This document shows positions 1-10,052 of a stretch of DNA of 64,000 bases, one piece after another. Location of the stretch: NCBI GenBank assembly GCA_043814055.1, contig JBDRKL010000007.1:1-64000 (forward strand), written 5' to 3'. Source of the DNA: an archaeon. Its GTDB lineage: Archaea; Undinarchaeota; Undinarchaeia; Undinarchaeales; JBDRKL01. The notes under the pieces were generated by a model. The model made no database searches. It was given only the letters and a program-made list of their open reading frames with translations, and was not told the origin of the DNA. The position numbers and the translations under genes are program-made. Each line of letters opens with the position of its first letter. Positions within the stretch are counted from its first letter, which is position 1.

Positions 1-917
1 GAACTTGGATATGCAGTAAGCGTAGACGATTTCCCACTATCATAAAACTCTGTGCAATCAGACCCACAATTTATCCTAGACGGATCATTAGTTTTCACAG
101 TCCCCTGACCAGTCCCACTCTTTTTAACTGTCAATTTATAATTAACAGGCGTAACTGCTGTAACCTTTTCACCACGAACCGCCACCTTAAAGTTATCAAT
201 ATATTTGCAGCCGCCGGAAACAGTTGCTTTTACTTTCTTTACTTTTATAGGAGCATCAACATAGGTTTTTTCAGCAGCTTGTGTTTTGTGAGCATCAACA
301 GCTTTGGTTGTTATAGTGTCAACTTTTGCACCATTTTCGGCATAAAAAGTTGCTTTAACACTAGCATCACAATATTCACCACCTGGTTTCCCCCAGATTT
401 TAATTTGGTATGCATATAATTCTTCGCCAAAAGTAATTGTTAGAGATGTTGAATAACTGCCACTTTTTTCTTTTATAAAGTTTTGATAATTAAATCCGGA
501 TTTTTGATCAAAAATTGCTGTTATTTTTGAAGTAGAACCATGAATTTCACACGAGGACTCCCAGTCCTCATATTCAGAAGTAGGGCACTCTACCCATTTA
601 ATAAATTCAGAGTTATAAGCAGGTTTTGCTATTAATGTAGTATCAGCAAGACTTGTGGGAAGACCCCAAATACGATAGGGGGTAACTGTGTTACTGCAAT
701 CAATACCGCATTCCTTAGAATAACCAGCAAATGATACTGTGCCCAAGCCAGTGCCACCCCGCACAACACTCACTGTATAGGGTTGTAAAGCCAAAAATCC
801 GCTCGGTGCTGTAGAAGTAGATGTCTCTGTGAAAAGAACAGCACCTGATACAATTACGAGCAAAGAAACTGCTAAAATAAGCCTGCGCGAACTATAGGAA
901 GATTTTTTTAGTGCCAT
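1..917 (-). CDS. Secreted surface protein, 3'-truncated by the window edge, with divergent InlB B-repeat-like units and one GGE-C module
   Basis: Not in the ORF track. Hand translation from ATG at 917: MALKKSSYSSRRLILAVSLLVIVSGAVLF (signal/TM)...YTVSVVRGGTGLGTVSFAGYSKECGIDCS...IKIWGKPGGEYCDA...GGCKYIDNF...YKLTVKKSGTGQGTVKTNDPSRINCGSDCTEFYDSGKSSTLTAYPS; open to the window edge. Confidence 0.8.
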   Translation of the reverse strand, partial: MALKKSSYSSRRLILAVSLLVIVSGAVLFTETSTSTAPSGFLALQPYTVSVVRGGTGLGTVSFAGYSKECGIDCSNTVTPYRIWGLPTSLADTTLIAKPAYNSEFIKWVECPTSEYEDWESSCEIHGSTSKITAIFDQKSGFNYQNFIKEKSGSYSTSLTITFGEELYAYQIKIWGKPGGEYCDASVKATFYAENGAKVDTITTKAVDAHKTQAAEKTYVDAPIKVKKVKATVSGGCKYIDNFKVAVRGEKVTAVTPVNYKLTVKKSGTGQGTVKTNDPSRINCGSDCTEFYDSGKSSTLTAYPS

Positions 918-998
918 AGTAGTAAATTATTTACTAAAGAGGTATATAAAAGTATGTTTGGCGCGCGTGAATACAGCTGAACTCTACTCACACCAGCA

Positions 999-2804
999 CT
1001 ACCAACAACTGCACTGGTAATCCCTTGAACCAGTCCCGAGTTTTGAATTCTTCTTGCCCTGCTTTTCGTTGCAGAACATAAAGCAGCAGAAGCCTGTGTC
1101 CTTAATGTTCTTTGAGCCGCAGAACGCGCTGTTCGTGAAGTCCTTTGCCGGTTCCTGGTATTTCTCATTGCAGCCGTTCGGGAACTTTGGAGTGCCAACA
1201 ATTGCTGTAAAGATGTCGCCGGTTGCCTGTTTTCGCGGGACATCGTAGCAGGTTGAGTAAGTTGTTGTCTGAGGCGGCGCTTTCTTCACGGTTTTTGGAG
1301 CGGTCTTTGAGCTTGATTCTTCAACCTTGGGGGTTGTGTCCTTTTTCACAGCGGTCTTCTGCGCAGTTGAGGCGCTTTTCTGCACAGTGGTTTTCTTTTC
1401 TGTTTTGGCTGTTGAATCTGATTCCTTGCTGATTGTGTTTCCGCTGCGGGTTCCGTCGCTGACACTCAGCAGGTATGTTAATTCAACCTCAATCTTGTCC
1501 AGGTATTCGCAATCTGCCCCACTGCCCGTGGTGTCCATAAGTTCTGCCTTGACCTTGTAAATAGGTGTTGGCACATCAAATTCAATTGTCCTGCACCTAG
1601 TAGTTTGATAGGGAGCCCAGCTGGTCTTGCCCATTGAATGCCATTCCTTCTCTATTGGATTATAATACTTTAGGCCGATTTTGCGGTCCGCACAGCCCCA
1701 TTCGCCGCCGCGCTTTCCACAGGCCTTTATCTTGATGGCATTGACAATGTAGTCAAATGTCAGGGTGTGCTCTCCTGCGTTGTCCCATAAGTTTGGCACA
1801 GCAGAGTAATCCTGAGAATATGTTATACTTTTATTAAGAGAAGGAAAGGGCTTAGGAAGTTCAGGCTCTTTCTCCCCAAGCGCGCATTGTATTATGCTGC
1901 TGCCGTCGGTGTAGAAGAGAGTGTTCTTGTATGATGTAATTGCGGTTATCTTGCCGCTTGGACCGGATACTGCCTTGCAGTTGCTTAGCCCGCCCTGGCA
2001 GTGATAGATGCCGTCGGTTGTTCCAATAACGAGCTCTTCCTTGCCGTTGTTGTCAAGGTCAACTACAGCCATGCTCTCAATCTGCTTGTTGAATTTAAGC
2101 TGCAGTGCTGCCTGTTTGAGGCCGAAGCTATCTGACGTGATTTCGTCAGCCTCGTAAATGTAATCCTTATCTCCTGCATAGTCCTTTGCGAATATCAGCT
2201 CGTCAACTCCGTTACCGTTAAAATCGCCGACCGCCATTGCAGAGGTTGTATATGGTCTGTAGCTTGGGTTTCCAATCCAGCGGTCGTTCGTGCAGAAGCT
2301 CCAAGTGCTGTCAACCTGTTTTTCTTTTCTGACACCCTCACCCATCTCAGGGTACTCAGTGATTATAAAAGCGTGCGCGCCGCCCTTGTCGTAGCTGTAA
2401 AAGCCGTCCTTGCAGCGGTAGATGCGGTTCTTCCTGTCTGTAACGTAAATTAAATCATCAGGGTAATCGTTGTTCAAGTCCCCGCCAGCCATCGCGGTTA
2501 CCTTGCCGTCAACAGGGTAGAGTTCATTGCAGTTGTCAATGCGCATATTGTAAGTCCAAAGAGAACATTTGTAGATAGCGTTCTCGTCACCTTTTGAAAC
2601 TGCGTAGGCGAGTTCATTAATACCATTGCTTTTGAAATCACCAAGAGCCATTGCATCTATGTCTGAGCCGGCGCTGAATTTAGCCCCCTCCCCATTATTC
2701 AAATATGCTGGATCGCAGGAATACTCAAGCGCGAAAGCCCCTGAGCATATGCTCAAGAGTAGCATAGAAGCTATAATCGTAATAGTTACTGCTTTGTTGT
2801 CCAT
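999..2804 (-). CDS. Secreted FG-GAP-repeat adhesin-like protein with GGE-C module, Thr/Lys/Ser linker and C-terminal Cys-rich module
   Basis: Signal peptide; four FG-GAP-like motifs (MALGDFKSNGINEL, AGGDLNNDYPDDL, AVGDFNGNGVDEL, AVVDLDNNGKEEL); ends CCFMFC...QCSCW. Confidence 0.8.
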   Translation of the reverse strand: MDNKAVTITIIASMLLLSICSGAFALEYSCDPAYLNNGEGAKFSAGSDIDAMALGDFKSNGINELAYAVSKGDENAIYKCSLWTYNMRIDNCNELYPVDGKVTAMAGGDLNNDYPDDLIYVTDRKNRIYRCKDGFYSYDKGGAHAFIITEYPEMGEGVRKEKQVDSTWSFCTNDRWIGNPSYRPYTTSAMAVGDFNGNGVDELIFAKDYAGDKDYIYEADEITSDSFGLKQAALQLKFNKQIESMAVVDLDNNGKEELVIGTTDGIYHCQGGLSNCKAVSGPSGKITAITSYKNTLFYTDGSSIIQCALGEKEPELPKPFPSLNKSITYSQDYSAVPNLWDNAGEHTLTFDYIVNAIKIKACGKRGGEWGCADRKIGLKYYNPIEKEWHSMGKTSWAPYQTTRCRTIEFDVPTPIYKVKAELMDTTGSGADCEYLDKIEVELTYLLSVSDGTRSGNTISKESDSTAKTEKKTTVQKSASTAQKTAVKKDTTPKVEESSSKTAPKTVKKAPPQTTTYSTCYDVPRKQATGDIFTAIVGTPKFPNGCNEKYQEPAKDFTNSAFCGSKNIKDTGFCCFMFCNEKQGKKNSKLGTGSRDYQCSCW

Positions 2805-2909
2805 TCTCCCCGAAGTTCAGTGAGCCAGCTGGTATATAAAGGTTTCAAAGGCAGTAAACCTTATAAACAAAAACTCCAAACCCACATTACAACTCAAGGA
2901 GGTAAACAC

Positions 2910-3116
2910 ATGGTCGTACAACACTCAAAGGTCTGGGAATCACTTCTCGTTGCAGGAGGAATTGTTTTCGCGTTCGGAGTTATCTGGGGCGCGTTCCTGC
3001 TGGCAAGAACATTCACAGAGGCTCAAGGAGCAATAGTGCTTGTGGTTATCGGCATACTCTTGCTGGTAATATCCGAGTCAATACTGCTCACTGTTAAAGT
3101 AAAGGGAAAAAAGTAG
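2910..3116 (+). CDS. Small two-TM membrane protein
   Basis: ATG at 2910 preceded by AGGAGG; two hydrophobic stretches. Confidence 0.65.
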   Translation: MVVQHSKVWESLLVAGGIVFAFGVIWGAFLLARTFTEAQGAIVLVVIGILLLVISESILLTVKVKGKK

Positions 3117-3125
3117 AGTTCTGAA

Positions 3126-3431
3126 ATGGAGCAACCGAGAAAAGCGCCAGCCCTAGAGCGGCTGGTCAGTGACATCAAGGAAGAGGATATCAAAGTTCGG
3201 GTTCTTGGCAGGGTTGCTGAGAAAGCTGGCAACTACTTCGTGTTTGAAGACAGCACTGGCAAAATCAGGGTAAATGGCCCTGCACCCAAGGAAGAACTCG
3301 TGAGAGTGTTTGGCCGGCTGGTGAAAACCAAAGATGGCTTAGTGCTGGAACCAGAGCTCATTCAGGACATGGGCAAAATTGATGAAAAAGTATATAAGAG
3401 TTGGATGTCTCTAAGAAAGAAGGAGGACTAA
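3126..3431 (+). CDS. OB-fold protein, RPA14-like small subunit of archaeal replication protein A
   Basis: RKAPALERLVSDIKEEDIKVRVLGRV...EDSTGKI...VRVFGR...ELIQD matches the Thermococcales RPA14 pattern; close to PCNA. Confidence 0.75.
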   Translation: MEQPRKAPALERLVSDIKEEDIKVRVLGRVAEKAGNYFVFEDSTGKIRVNGPAPKEELVRVFGRLVKTKDGLVLEPELIQDMGKIDEKVYKSWMSLRKKED

Positions 3432-3686
3432 ATGGACAAAAAGACAATCGCATTGGCGTTCATCGTGGGCATATTCCTGCTGAATATGGTGTTCGCGGTA
3501 AGTGCAGCAAGGACAGAGGACAAGGACCAGGAAATGGTCGCAAAGCCGACCGGAGAGCTTGGCATCGCTGCAGTAACCGAAGGCGCTTCATACATCATGA
3601 ACGGCGGAGTTGGACCTCTACTCATACTCGCCATAGCGTTCATTGTTGGAATGATAGTATCACACCTTGTCTGGGGCGGATTCTAA
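3432..3686 (+). CDS. Small membrane protein
   Basis: N- and C-terminal hydrophobic helices; starts directly after the previous stop. Confidence 0.6.
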   Translation: MDKKTIALAFIVGIFLLNMVFAVSAARTEDKDQEMVAKPTGELGIAAVTEGASYIMNGGVGPLLILAIAFIVGMIVSHLVWGGF

Positions 3687-3765
3687 TCCGTTCTTGAGGT
3701 GAACTACCCCAGCCCTGATGGGGCGGCTTTATAGGAAGTATTACGTTTAGAGGGGGATATAGGGA

Positions 3766-4518
3766 ATGGCAATAAAATTCAAGGCAGTGCTCAAGGAGCC
3801 TGACATATTAAAGGAAAGCATAAACACTGTAGCTAATTTGCTAAACGAGGGTGTTTTTAATTTGACCAAGACCGGAATAGAGCTGAAGTCAATGGACTCG
3901 GCGAACGTCGCGATGGTTGAGCTGAAGCTTCTGGCGAGCGCGTTCACCGAGTTTGAGGTCAAGGAGAACACGAAAATTAGCTTGAACATGAATGACCTTA
4001 CCTCAGTTTTGAAGAGGACAAAGTCAGATGATATTTTGACTCTTAAGCTTGAGGGCAATGCGCTCAATTTGGAATTCGCAGGCTCTGTGAACAGGAAGTT
4101 TGAGGTTCCGCTGCTGGACATACGCGACGAGAGCAAGAGCCCAAGCCTGGAGTTCCCGGCAACTGTTGAGGTCAAGACGAGTGTTATTGAGGACGGCATA
4201 AGCGACGCAGAGATTATCTCGGACGCGGTTGTGCTTGAGATGGACCCTGACTCATTCGTGATGAGGGCAGAAGGGGACAGCAGGAAAGCTGAGATGCGAC
4301 TTGAGAAAGGCTCGGACGCGCTAATCTCGCTGAAGGCAAAAGACCACGTGAAGAGCACATTCCCGCTTGATTATATGCGCAAGATGATAAAGGGCTCAAA
4401 GATGGCTAACACAGCCATCCTGCACATGGGCAATGATTATCCTATGAAGCTTGAGTTCAAGGTCATTGACAAAGCGCTGTTGAGTTTTATTTTGGCTCCG
4501 AGAATAGAGAATGAATAG
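3766..4518 (+). CDS. pcn: DNA polymerase sliding clamp PCNA
   Basis: SMDSANVAMVELKL, LHMGNDYPMKLEF, C-terminal FILAPRIE. Confidence 0.97.
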   Translation: MAIKFKAVLKEPDILKESINTVANLLNEGVFNLTKTGIELKSMDSANVAMVELKLLASAFTEFEVKENTKISLNMNDLTSVLKRTKSDDILTLKLEGNALNLEFAGSVNRKFEVPLLDIRDESKSPSLEFPATVEVKTSVIEDGISDAEIISDAVVLEMDPDSFVMRAEGDSRKAEMRLEKGSDALISLKAKDHVKSTFPLDYMRKMIKGSKMANTAILHMGNDYPMKLEFKVIDKALLSFILAPRIENE

Positions 4519-4538
4519 ATAATCGAGCGATAGCAAGT

Positions 4539-5246
4539 CTATTTCTTAAACCAACCAAACAATCCTTTCTTTGCTTTCTCTTCCTGCGCCAATTCCATTA
4601 ATCTTGTCTGCTCCTGCTCCATGTTCTGTATCTGCTCCTGGAGCATTGCCTTCACTTCCGCAGTGCAGTTGCACTGGGTGTGGAGCTGGTTAAGATTTTG
4701 GATTCGCACTTGGTTCTGCTCTGCCTCGGTTTCAATTTCCCCAGCCGCTTCCTGGTCGCCGCCTGAAAAGAATCGCTTCAATGCGCTGCGGCTCTGGATT
4801 TGCTCCTCTGCCTGAATAGTTTTTTGAACAGAGTTGTTGAACTCGCGCGCAATTGCCGAGACCTGCGGGCCTATGCCGCCTGTGAGATTTTCCATTGAAA
4901 GTAAAGCGTGGACTGCGAGCCGCACTCTGTTTTGATTCTGGAATACTTTCTGCTTGTCCATGTTTGAGTTGTTTGATTCGCGCTCGAGCTCCATTTCCTG
5001 AGTTTGTATCATCTCGCGGAGCTCCTCAGTGTTCCTTGCCTGGACACGCTCTGTGTTTTTTACTTCAGCCTTATTCTGATTCTGGTTTTGGTAGAGCTCT
5101 GGTTCAGGGGTGTTATTGGATTCTCCCACGCCATCGGCTTCATCTTCAGAATCATCCTGTCCGGCCTGGTTCTGAGCTTGGTTCGCGGCGAGCGCGAACT
5201 GCGATATGAAAAGTAGAATTACCAATAAGAGTGCTAGTTTTTTCAT
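4539..5246 (-). CDS. Secreted Gln/Glu-rich coiled-coil protein
   Basis: Likely start MKKLALLLVILL (5246); long heptad-like Q/E-rich helices; ends KKGLFGWFKK. Confidence 0.7.
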   Translation of the reverse strand: MKKLALLLVILLFISQFALAANQAQNQAGQDDSEDEADGVGESNNTPEPELYQNQNQNKAEVKNTERVQARNTEELREMIQTQEMELERESNNSNMDKQKVFQNQNRVRLAVHALLSMENLTGGIGPQVSAIAREFNNSVQKTIQAEEQIQSRSALKRFFSGGDQEAAGEIETEAEQNQVRIQNLNQLHTQCNCTAEVKAMLQEQIQNMEQEQTRLMELAQEEKAKKGLFGWFKK

Positions 5247-5298
5247 AGGGAATATATAAGCGGAAAGGGTTAAAAAGGTTATCGCTTTAAGGTTTAGC

Positions 5299-5550
5299 AT
5301 GGGCAACGACGCTACAAAAGTTGAGAAGAAAAAAGCCAAGGCTCAAGCCAAGATTGAAAAAGCGAAAGCCTCCACCCCTGCGAAGCAGGAGATTAAGATT
5401 GAGAAGTCAACTGTGCACATAGGCGGCGGAAAGGCGGAAACAAACGCGACCCCTTGGTATAAGAATCCGTCCTGGGTGAGGACAATAGTGGCAGTAATCA
5501 GCCTTATAATAACAATAATCGCAATTGCCCTTGGGCTTTATTATAAATGA
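5299..5550 (+). CDS. Small Lys-rich protein with C-terminal TM anchor
   Basis: PWYKNPSWVRTIVAVISLIITIIAIALG. Confidence 0.65.
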   Translation: MGNDATKVEKKKAKAQAKIEKAKASTPAKQEIKIEKSTVHIGGGKAETNATPWYKNPSWVRTIVAVISLIITIIAIALGLYYK

Positions 5551-5600
5551 GAAAAAGTATTTAAGCTGCGTGGCTAAATTCGTTTAAGAGGTGGACATAA

Positions 5601-6149
5601 ATGTTTGAATATATCTTAATTGGGCTTGTTGCGTTCATAGCGCTGTTTTTCATACTTAGTTATAACAGCCTTGTGACGCTTAGGAATAGGATTAACAATG
5701 CGTGGTCGCAGATTGATGTGCAGTTGAAGAAGAGGTACGACCTTATACCGAACCTCGTGAACACTGTGAAGGGCTATGCCAAGCACGAGAAGAGCGTTTT
5801 TGAAAACGTGACAAAGGCAAGGACCGCAGCGATGAGTGCCGGCGACGTCAAGACGCAAGCCAAGGCTGAGAACATGCTGACTGGCACGCTCAAGACGCTG
5901 TTCGCAGTTGCTGAGAACTACCCAACGCTCCGCGCATCAGAGAATTTCATGATGCTCCAGGAGGAGCTCTCAGGAGTTGAGGGAAAAATCGCTTACGCGA
6001 GGCAGTTCTACAATGACCAGGCCCTGAGGTACAATAACAAGGCTCAGAAGTTCCCGACTAACATGATTGCAAACGCTTTTGGATTTAAAGCGCGCGACTA
6101 CTTTGAGATGGAAGAAGCTGAGAGAAAGCCTGTCAAGGTAGAGTTCTAG
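5601..6149 (+). CDS. lemA: LemA family protein
   Basis: [49 protein letters not shown]. Confidence 0.96.
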   Translation: MFEYILIGLVAFIALFFILSYNSLVTLRNRINNAWSQIDVQLKKRYDLIPNLVNTVKGYAKHEKSVFENVTKARTAAMSAGDVKTQAKAENMLTGTLKTLFAVAENYPTLRASENFMMLQEELSGVEGKIAYARQFYNDQALRYNNKAQKFPTNMIANAFGFKARDYFEMEEAERKPVKVEF

Positions 6150-6151
6150 GG

Positions 6152-7033
6152 ATGAAGCGGGACCTTTACGACGAGATAGCGAGCAACAAGAGGCGAAGCT
6201 ATGCGCTGGTCTTTTTCTTCGTGCTGTTCGTAGGTCTGCTCGGGCTCGTGTTCACGCTCACAACGAGCTTCGGCATTCTCGGGTTCCCGATTGCAGTGGC
6301 GATCGCAGGCATAATAGCATATGTGCAGTACAAGAATGGGGACAAGGTTGTGCTGAAGATAAGCAAAGCAAAGCCAGTCGAGAAGGCGGACAACCCCAAG
6401 TTGTTCAATACTGTTGAGGGGGTCGCTATTGCGGCAGGAGTCCCGATGCCAAAGATCTACACAATAGAGGACAGCTCGCCCAATGCCTTCGCAACCGGCA
6501 GGGACCCTGAGCACGCGTCAATCGCTGTGACTACCGGCCTGCTGGACAAGCTGAATCGGCAGGAGCTGGAGGGCGTGATTGCGCACGAGATGTCGCACAT
6601 AAGGAACTACGACATAAAGATGATGACCATCGCGGTCGCGCTCGCCGGAGTAGTGGTGATGCTGAGCGACTTCATATTGAGGAGCTTCATATGGGGCGGC
6701 GGCAGGAGAAGAAACAGCGGGGGCAAGGGAAACTTGGTGATGTTCGCAATAGCGATTGTGTTAGCCATAATAGCCCCAATCTTCGCAATGATGATACAGC
6801 TCGCAATTTCAAGGAAGCGCGAGTATCTTGCCGACGCGTCGGGCGCGATGCTCACGCGGTACCCAGAGGGGCTCGCCTCTGCGCTTGAGAAGATATCAAA
6901 GGACAAGGAGCCGCTGGAAGTGGCGAACAAAGCCACGGCGCACCTCTACATAGCAAACCCTGTGAACGTGAAGACGCTCTTCAGCACCCATCCGCCAATT
7001 GAAGAGCGCATAACGCGGCTGAGGGCGATGTGA
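6152..7033 (+). CDS. htpX: M48 zinc metalloprotease HtpX
   Basis: PNAFATGR, AHEMSH, SRKREYLAD, FSTHPP; usual partner of lemA. Confidence 0.95.
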   Translation: MKRDLYDEIASNKRRSYALVFFFVLFVGLLGLVFTLTTSFGILGFPIAVAIAGIIAYVQYKNGDKVVLKISKAKPVEKADNPKLFNTVEGVAIAAGVPMPKIYTIEDSSPNAFATGRDPEHASIAVTTGLLDKLNRQELEGVIAHEMSHIRNYDIKMMTIAVALAGVVVMLSDFILRSFIWGGGRRRNSGGKGNLVMFAIAIVLAIIAPIFAMMIQLAISRKREYLADASGAMLTRYPEGLASALEKISKDKEPLEVANKATAHLYIANPVNVKTLFSTHPPIEERITRLRAM

Positions 7034-7135
7034 ACCGCTCCTTCTGCAAATTGAGACAGAGAGGTTCGGTTCACAGACATCTTGAACGCGACAAAACCCA
7101 TAATAAAGGTTGGAGCATTCAAGATGCAGATGTAA
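7029..7135. repeat. Two-hairpin palindromic insert at the htpX stop
   Basis: TGTGAACCG (7029)...CGGTTCACA (7075) and CATCTTGAACGC (7078)...GCATTCAAGATG (7126), followed by CAGATGTAA, which echoes the gene end GCGATGTGA. Confidence 0.5.
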
Positions 7136-7174
7136 CAAAACTCTTAAATAGTAACAAAGGTATGTAAAAACAAA

Positions 7175-7561
7175 ATGCTTCCATTGTTTCATCTCATAGT
7201 GGGGCTTGTTGCCGCTGCAGGTTTGTATAACGAGCTTGGAGCTGTAGTGCTTTTGATAGTTGCAGTCAGTGTTCTGATAGATGTGGATCACTACATATAT
7301 TACTTCAGGCGCACCGGGGACGTGAACATTAGGAGCGCTTATGATTATTTCCTGAACCTCTACAACGCAAGTGACGTGTTTTTGGCGTTCCACAACATTG
7401 AAGTGCTCGTTGTTTTTTACGCGCTGTCATTTTATTCAACAGTTGCTGTCGCGATATTTATCGGGCTTGCGCTGCACGTGCTTTTTGACCTGGTTGGAGA
7501 AGTCTTCTATAAAAACACAGGGAGAAACTTTTCGCTGGTGCTTTATCTTATTAAGAAATGA
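7175..7561 (+). CDS. Membrane protein, putative metal-dependent hydrolase (YdjM-like motifs)
   Basis: N-terminal His, LIDVDH, FHNIE, LHVLFD in TM context. Confidence 0.6.
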   Translation: MLPLFHLIVGLVAAAGLYNELGAVVLLIVAVSVLIDVDHYIYYFRRTGDVNIRSAYDYFLNLYNASDVFLAFHNIEVLVVFYALSFYSTVAVAIFIGLALHVLFDLVGEVFYKNTGRNFSLVLYLIKK

Positions 7562-7606
7562 AAAATTCGCAAATAGATAGTAAATATAAGGGGGGTATTT
7601 GCTGAG

Positions 7607-9028
7607 ATGCCAAAGAAGACCATCTCCAAGAAGTATCTTAGGCCCCGCTGGAATTACCTGAGCCAGACAAAAGGAGGGGTTCTTATCATAGACGGGGTTT
7701 CAGCCAAGGATATTGCGGAGAAGTATGGAACACCTGTTTATGTTTTCGTTGAACGCGAGATACGCAACAGGATGCGCAGGTTCAAGAAGGCCTTCCCGTA
7801 TCAAAAGCTGCGAGTTCAGCTCGCAGGGAAGACGAATTCAAACCTTGAGATTCTGAAGATTGCGCGCGAGGAGGGGCTTGAGTTTGACGCGAGCAGCGTG
7901 GGTGAAATCATACTCGGCCTGCTTGCTGACTTCAAGCCAAAGCAGATCACTTTCACAAATCTTTACAAGACTGAGCAAGACATAATGTTCGCGGCTAAGA
8001 TTGGCGTGCAGGCGATTACTGCAGACTCGTTCCAGGAGCTGAGGCGGATTAATAATGCGGGCAAGAAACTCGGCGTGAAGATACGAACTTTTATGAGGAT
8101 TAATCCGATGATAGATTACAGGGATTACACAACGAGGAATCACCAGTATGGAATACCGCATTCTTACGCAAAGAAAAATATTGATTATGCGCTTGAGAGC
8201 AAGCACATAGACCTCATTGGATTCCACTTCCACGGAAGCTACATAAAAAGCCCGCGGATTTACTACCTGGCTGCGCAGAAGCTGATGAACCTTGCGAAAT
8301 ACGCAAGAGACAGGGGTGCGAACATAAGATACATTGACCTTGGGGGCGGGTTCCCGGTTGAGTGGGGCACCAAGAGCGTTTTCCAGCCAGAGGACATGGG
8401 CGAGGATTTTGTGAAATACTTCCAGAACCTTGCAAAAGGTGCCGGCTTTGAGGACCTTAAGCTTGTTTTTGAGCCTGGCAAGTTTATGACCGCTAACGCA
8501 GGAGTCGGGCTGATGAAAGTTGTGAGCAGGAAGCAGCTGCCAAAGAAGAAAATAATCGTGACTGACGGTTCAACTTACGCGTTCGTGCCGGACGTGATGA
8601 TATACCACTGCTACTATGACATACTGCCAGCGACAAGGATGGACCAGAGAAGGACAAGGGTTTACAATATAGCAGGGTGCACCTGCGACTCCATAGACGT
8701 GATAGGGAAGAACAGGTGGCTGCCCAAGATGCACGAGGGCGATTTGCTCGCGATAATGGACATTGGCGCTTACAGCAACGTGATGGCATCCAATTTTAAT
8801 TCAATAAAAAGGGCGCCGATGGTGATGGTCGCAATGGATGGTAGCACAAAACTCATAAAAAGGGGCGACCGCTACTCTGAAATGTTCGCGCCTGAGCTCG
8901 ACGTGCTCAAGCTCGCCGATTCCAAGGAGCTGCTGGAGCTTTACCACCTGCGAACCACAATAGAAAAAATCTGGAGAGGGGAGAAAAAGAAGAAGAATGC
9001 AAAAAGAAAAAAAACAAAGAAAAGTTGA
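7607..9028 (+). CDS. Group IV PLP-dependent decarboxylase (LysA/ornithine/arginine decarboxylase fold)
   Basis: YGTPVYVF, AGKTNSN (PLP Lys), HFHGS, DLGGGF, FEPGK, AGCTCDSID, GAYS. Confidence 0.9.
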   Translation: MPKKTISKKYLRPRWNYLSQTKGGVLIIDGVSAKDIAEKYGTPVYVFVEREIRNRMRRFKKAFPYQKLRVQLAGKTNSNLEILKIAREEGLEFDASSVGEIILGLLADFKPKQITFTNLYKTEQDIMFAAKIGVQAITADSFQELRRINNAGKKLGVKIRTFMRINPMIDYRDYTTRNHQYGIPHSYAKKNIDYALESKHIDLIGFHFHGSYIKSPRIYYLAAQKLMNLAKYARDRGANIRYIDLGGGFPVEWGTKSVFQPEDMGEDFVKYFQNLAKGAGFEDLKLVFEPGKFMTANAGVGLMKVVSRKQLPKKKIIVTDGSTYAFVPDVMIYHCYYDILPATRMDQRRTRVYNIAGCTCDSIDVIGKNRWLPKMHEGDLLAIMDIGAYSNVMASNFNSIKRAPMVMVAMDGSTKLIKRGDRYSEMFAPELDVLKLADSKELLELYHLRTTIEKIWRGEKKKKNAKRKKTKKS

Positions 9029-10052
9029 GGATTACGGGGACTGCGGGAAGGACGGGCTGATGCCGCTTGAGCCGCTGGACCTTTCAAGAATAAAAAGCAT
9101 TGACGAATTGGTAAGGGCGATGGGGAAAACCTCGTTCAACGCGAGGCGCGTTGGTGAGGCTGCTGACATTCTTGAGGCAATGGCAAAGGACAAGGGCTGC
9201 CTCAGGGTTCTGACGCTCTCAGGGGCGATGACGATTGCAAAAATGAGCCTTGTTATCTGCGACATGATTGACAATGATATGGTTGATGTTGTGATAAGCA
9301 CAGGCGCGCTGATGGGGCACGGGCTCATAGAGGCTGCTGGGTTCAGCCACTACAAGAGCGAGGAAGAAGCTGATGATGAAAAGCTTTACAAGAAGGGCTA
9401 CAACAGGGTTTATGACACAATAGAGCCTGAGACTAATTTTGGAAAAATGACTGAGGTAAACCACAAGGTTTTCTCAGGGCTTGATGAGAAAGAGGCGCAC
9501 TGTAGCCACAGCTTATGCGAGGCGCTGGGGAAGCACCTTGCGGAGAACTACAAAGGGCGCGGAGTTCTGAAATCAGCTTACGAGAAAAAAGTGCCGGTGT
9601 TCATACCAGCGTTCACTGATTCAGAGCTTGCTTTTGACTTCAGGATTTATAACGCGATGCGGGAAAAAGAGGGAAAAAGCGCGCTAAAGTTTGAACCGTT
9701 CCTTGACTTTGACAAGTACGCGGAAATGGTCAAGGAATCCAAGAAGATGGGCATATTCACAATAGGTGGCGGGGTTCCTAGAAACTGGGCCCAGCAAGCC
9801 TGCCCATACTGGGACGTTTACGACGAGCATATGGAAACTGAGAGCGGCTTGCACAGGTTTGACTACGCAGTGCGTATATGCCCGGAGTCAGAGCACTGGG
9901 GCGGGCTTTCAGGATGCACTTACTCAGAGGGCGTGTCCTGGGGCAAGATAACCCCGCATGCAGAAGGCGGGATGCACACTGAAGTAAGGGCTGACGCGAC
10001 CACTGTGTGGCCGATGATTGTGAAGGCGGTTCTGGAGCGCCTGGAGAAATGA
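8997..10052 (+). CDS. Deoxyhypusine synthase-like protein (possible homospermidine synthase, SpeY-type)
   Basis: LSGAMTIA, GYNRVYD, PAFTDSE, IGGGVPRNW, GGLSGCTYSEGVSWGK, ADAT; exact start uncertain. Confidence 0.88.
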   Translation: MQKEKKQRKVEDYGDCGKDGLMPLEPLDLSRIKSIDELVRAMGKTSFNARRVGEAADILEAMAKDKGCLRVLTLSGAMTIAKMSLVICDMIDNDMVDVVISTGALMGHGLIEAAGFSHYKSEEEADDEKLYKKGYNRVYDTIEPETNFGKMTEVNHKVFSGLDEKEAHCSHSLCEALGKHLAENYKGRGVLKSAYEKKVPVFIPAFTDSELAFDFRIYNAMREKEGKSALKFEPFLDFDKYAEMVKESKKMGIFTIGGGVPRNWAQQACPYWDVYDEHMETESGLHRFDYAVRICPESEHWGGLSGCTYSEGVSWGKITPHAEGGMHTEVRADATTVWPMIVKAVLERLEK

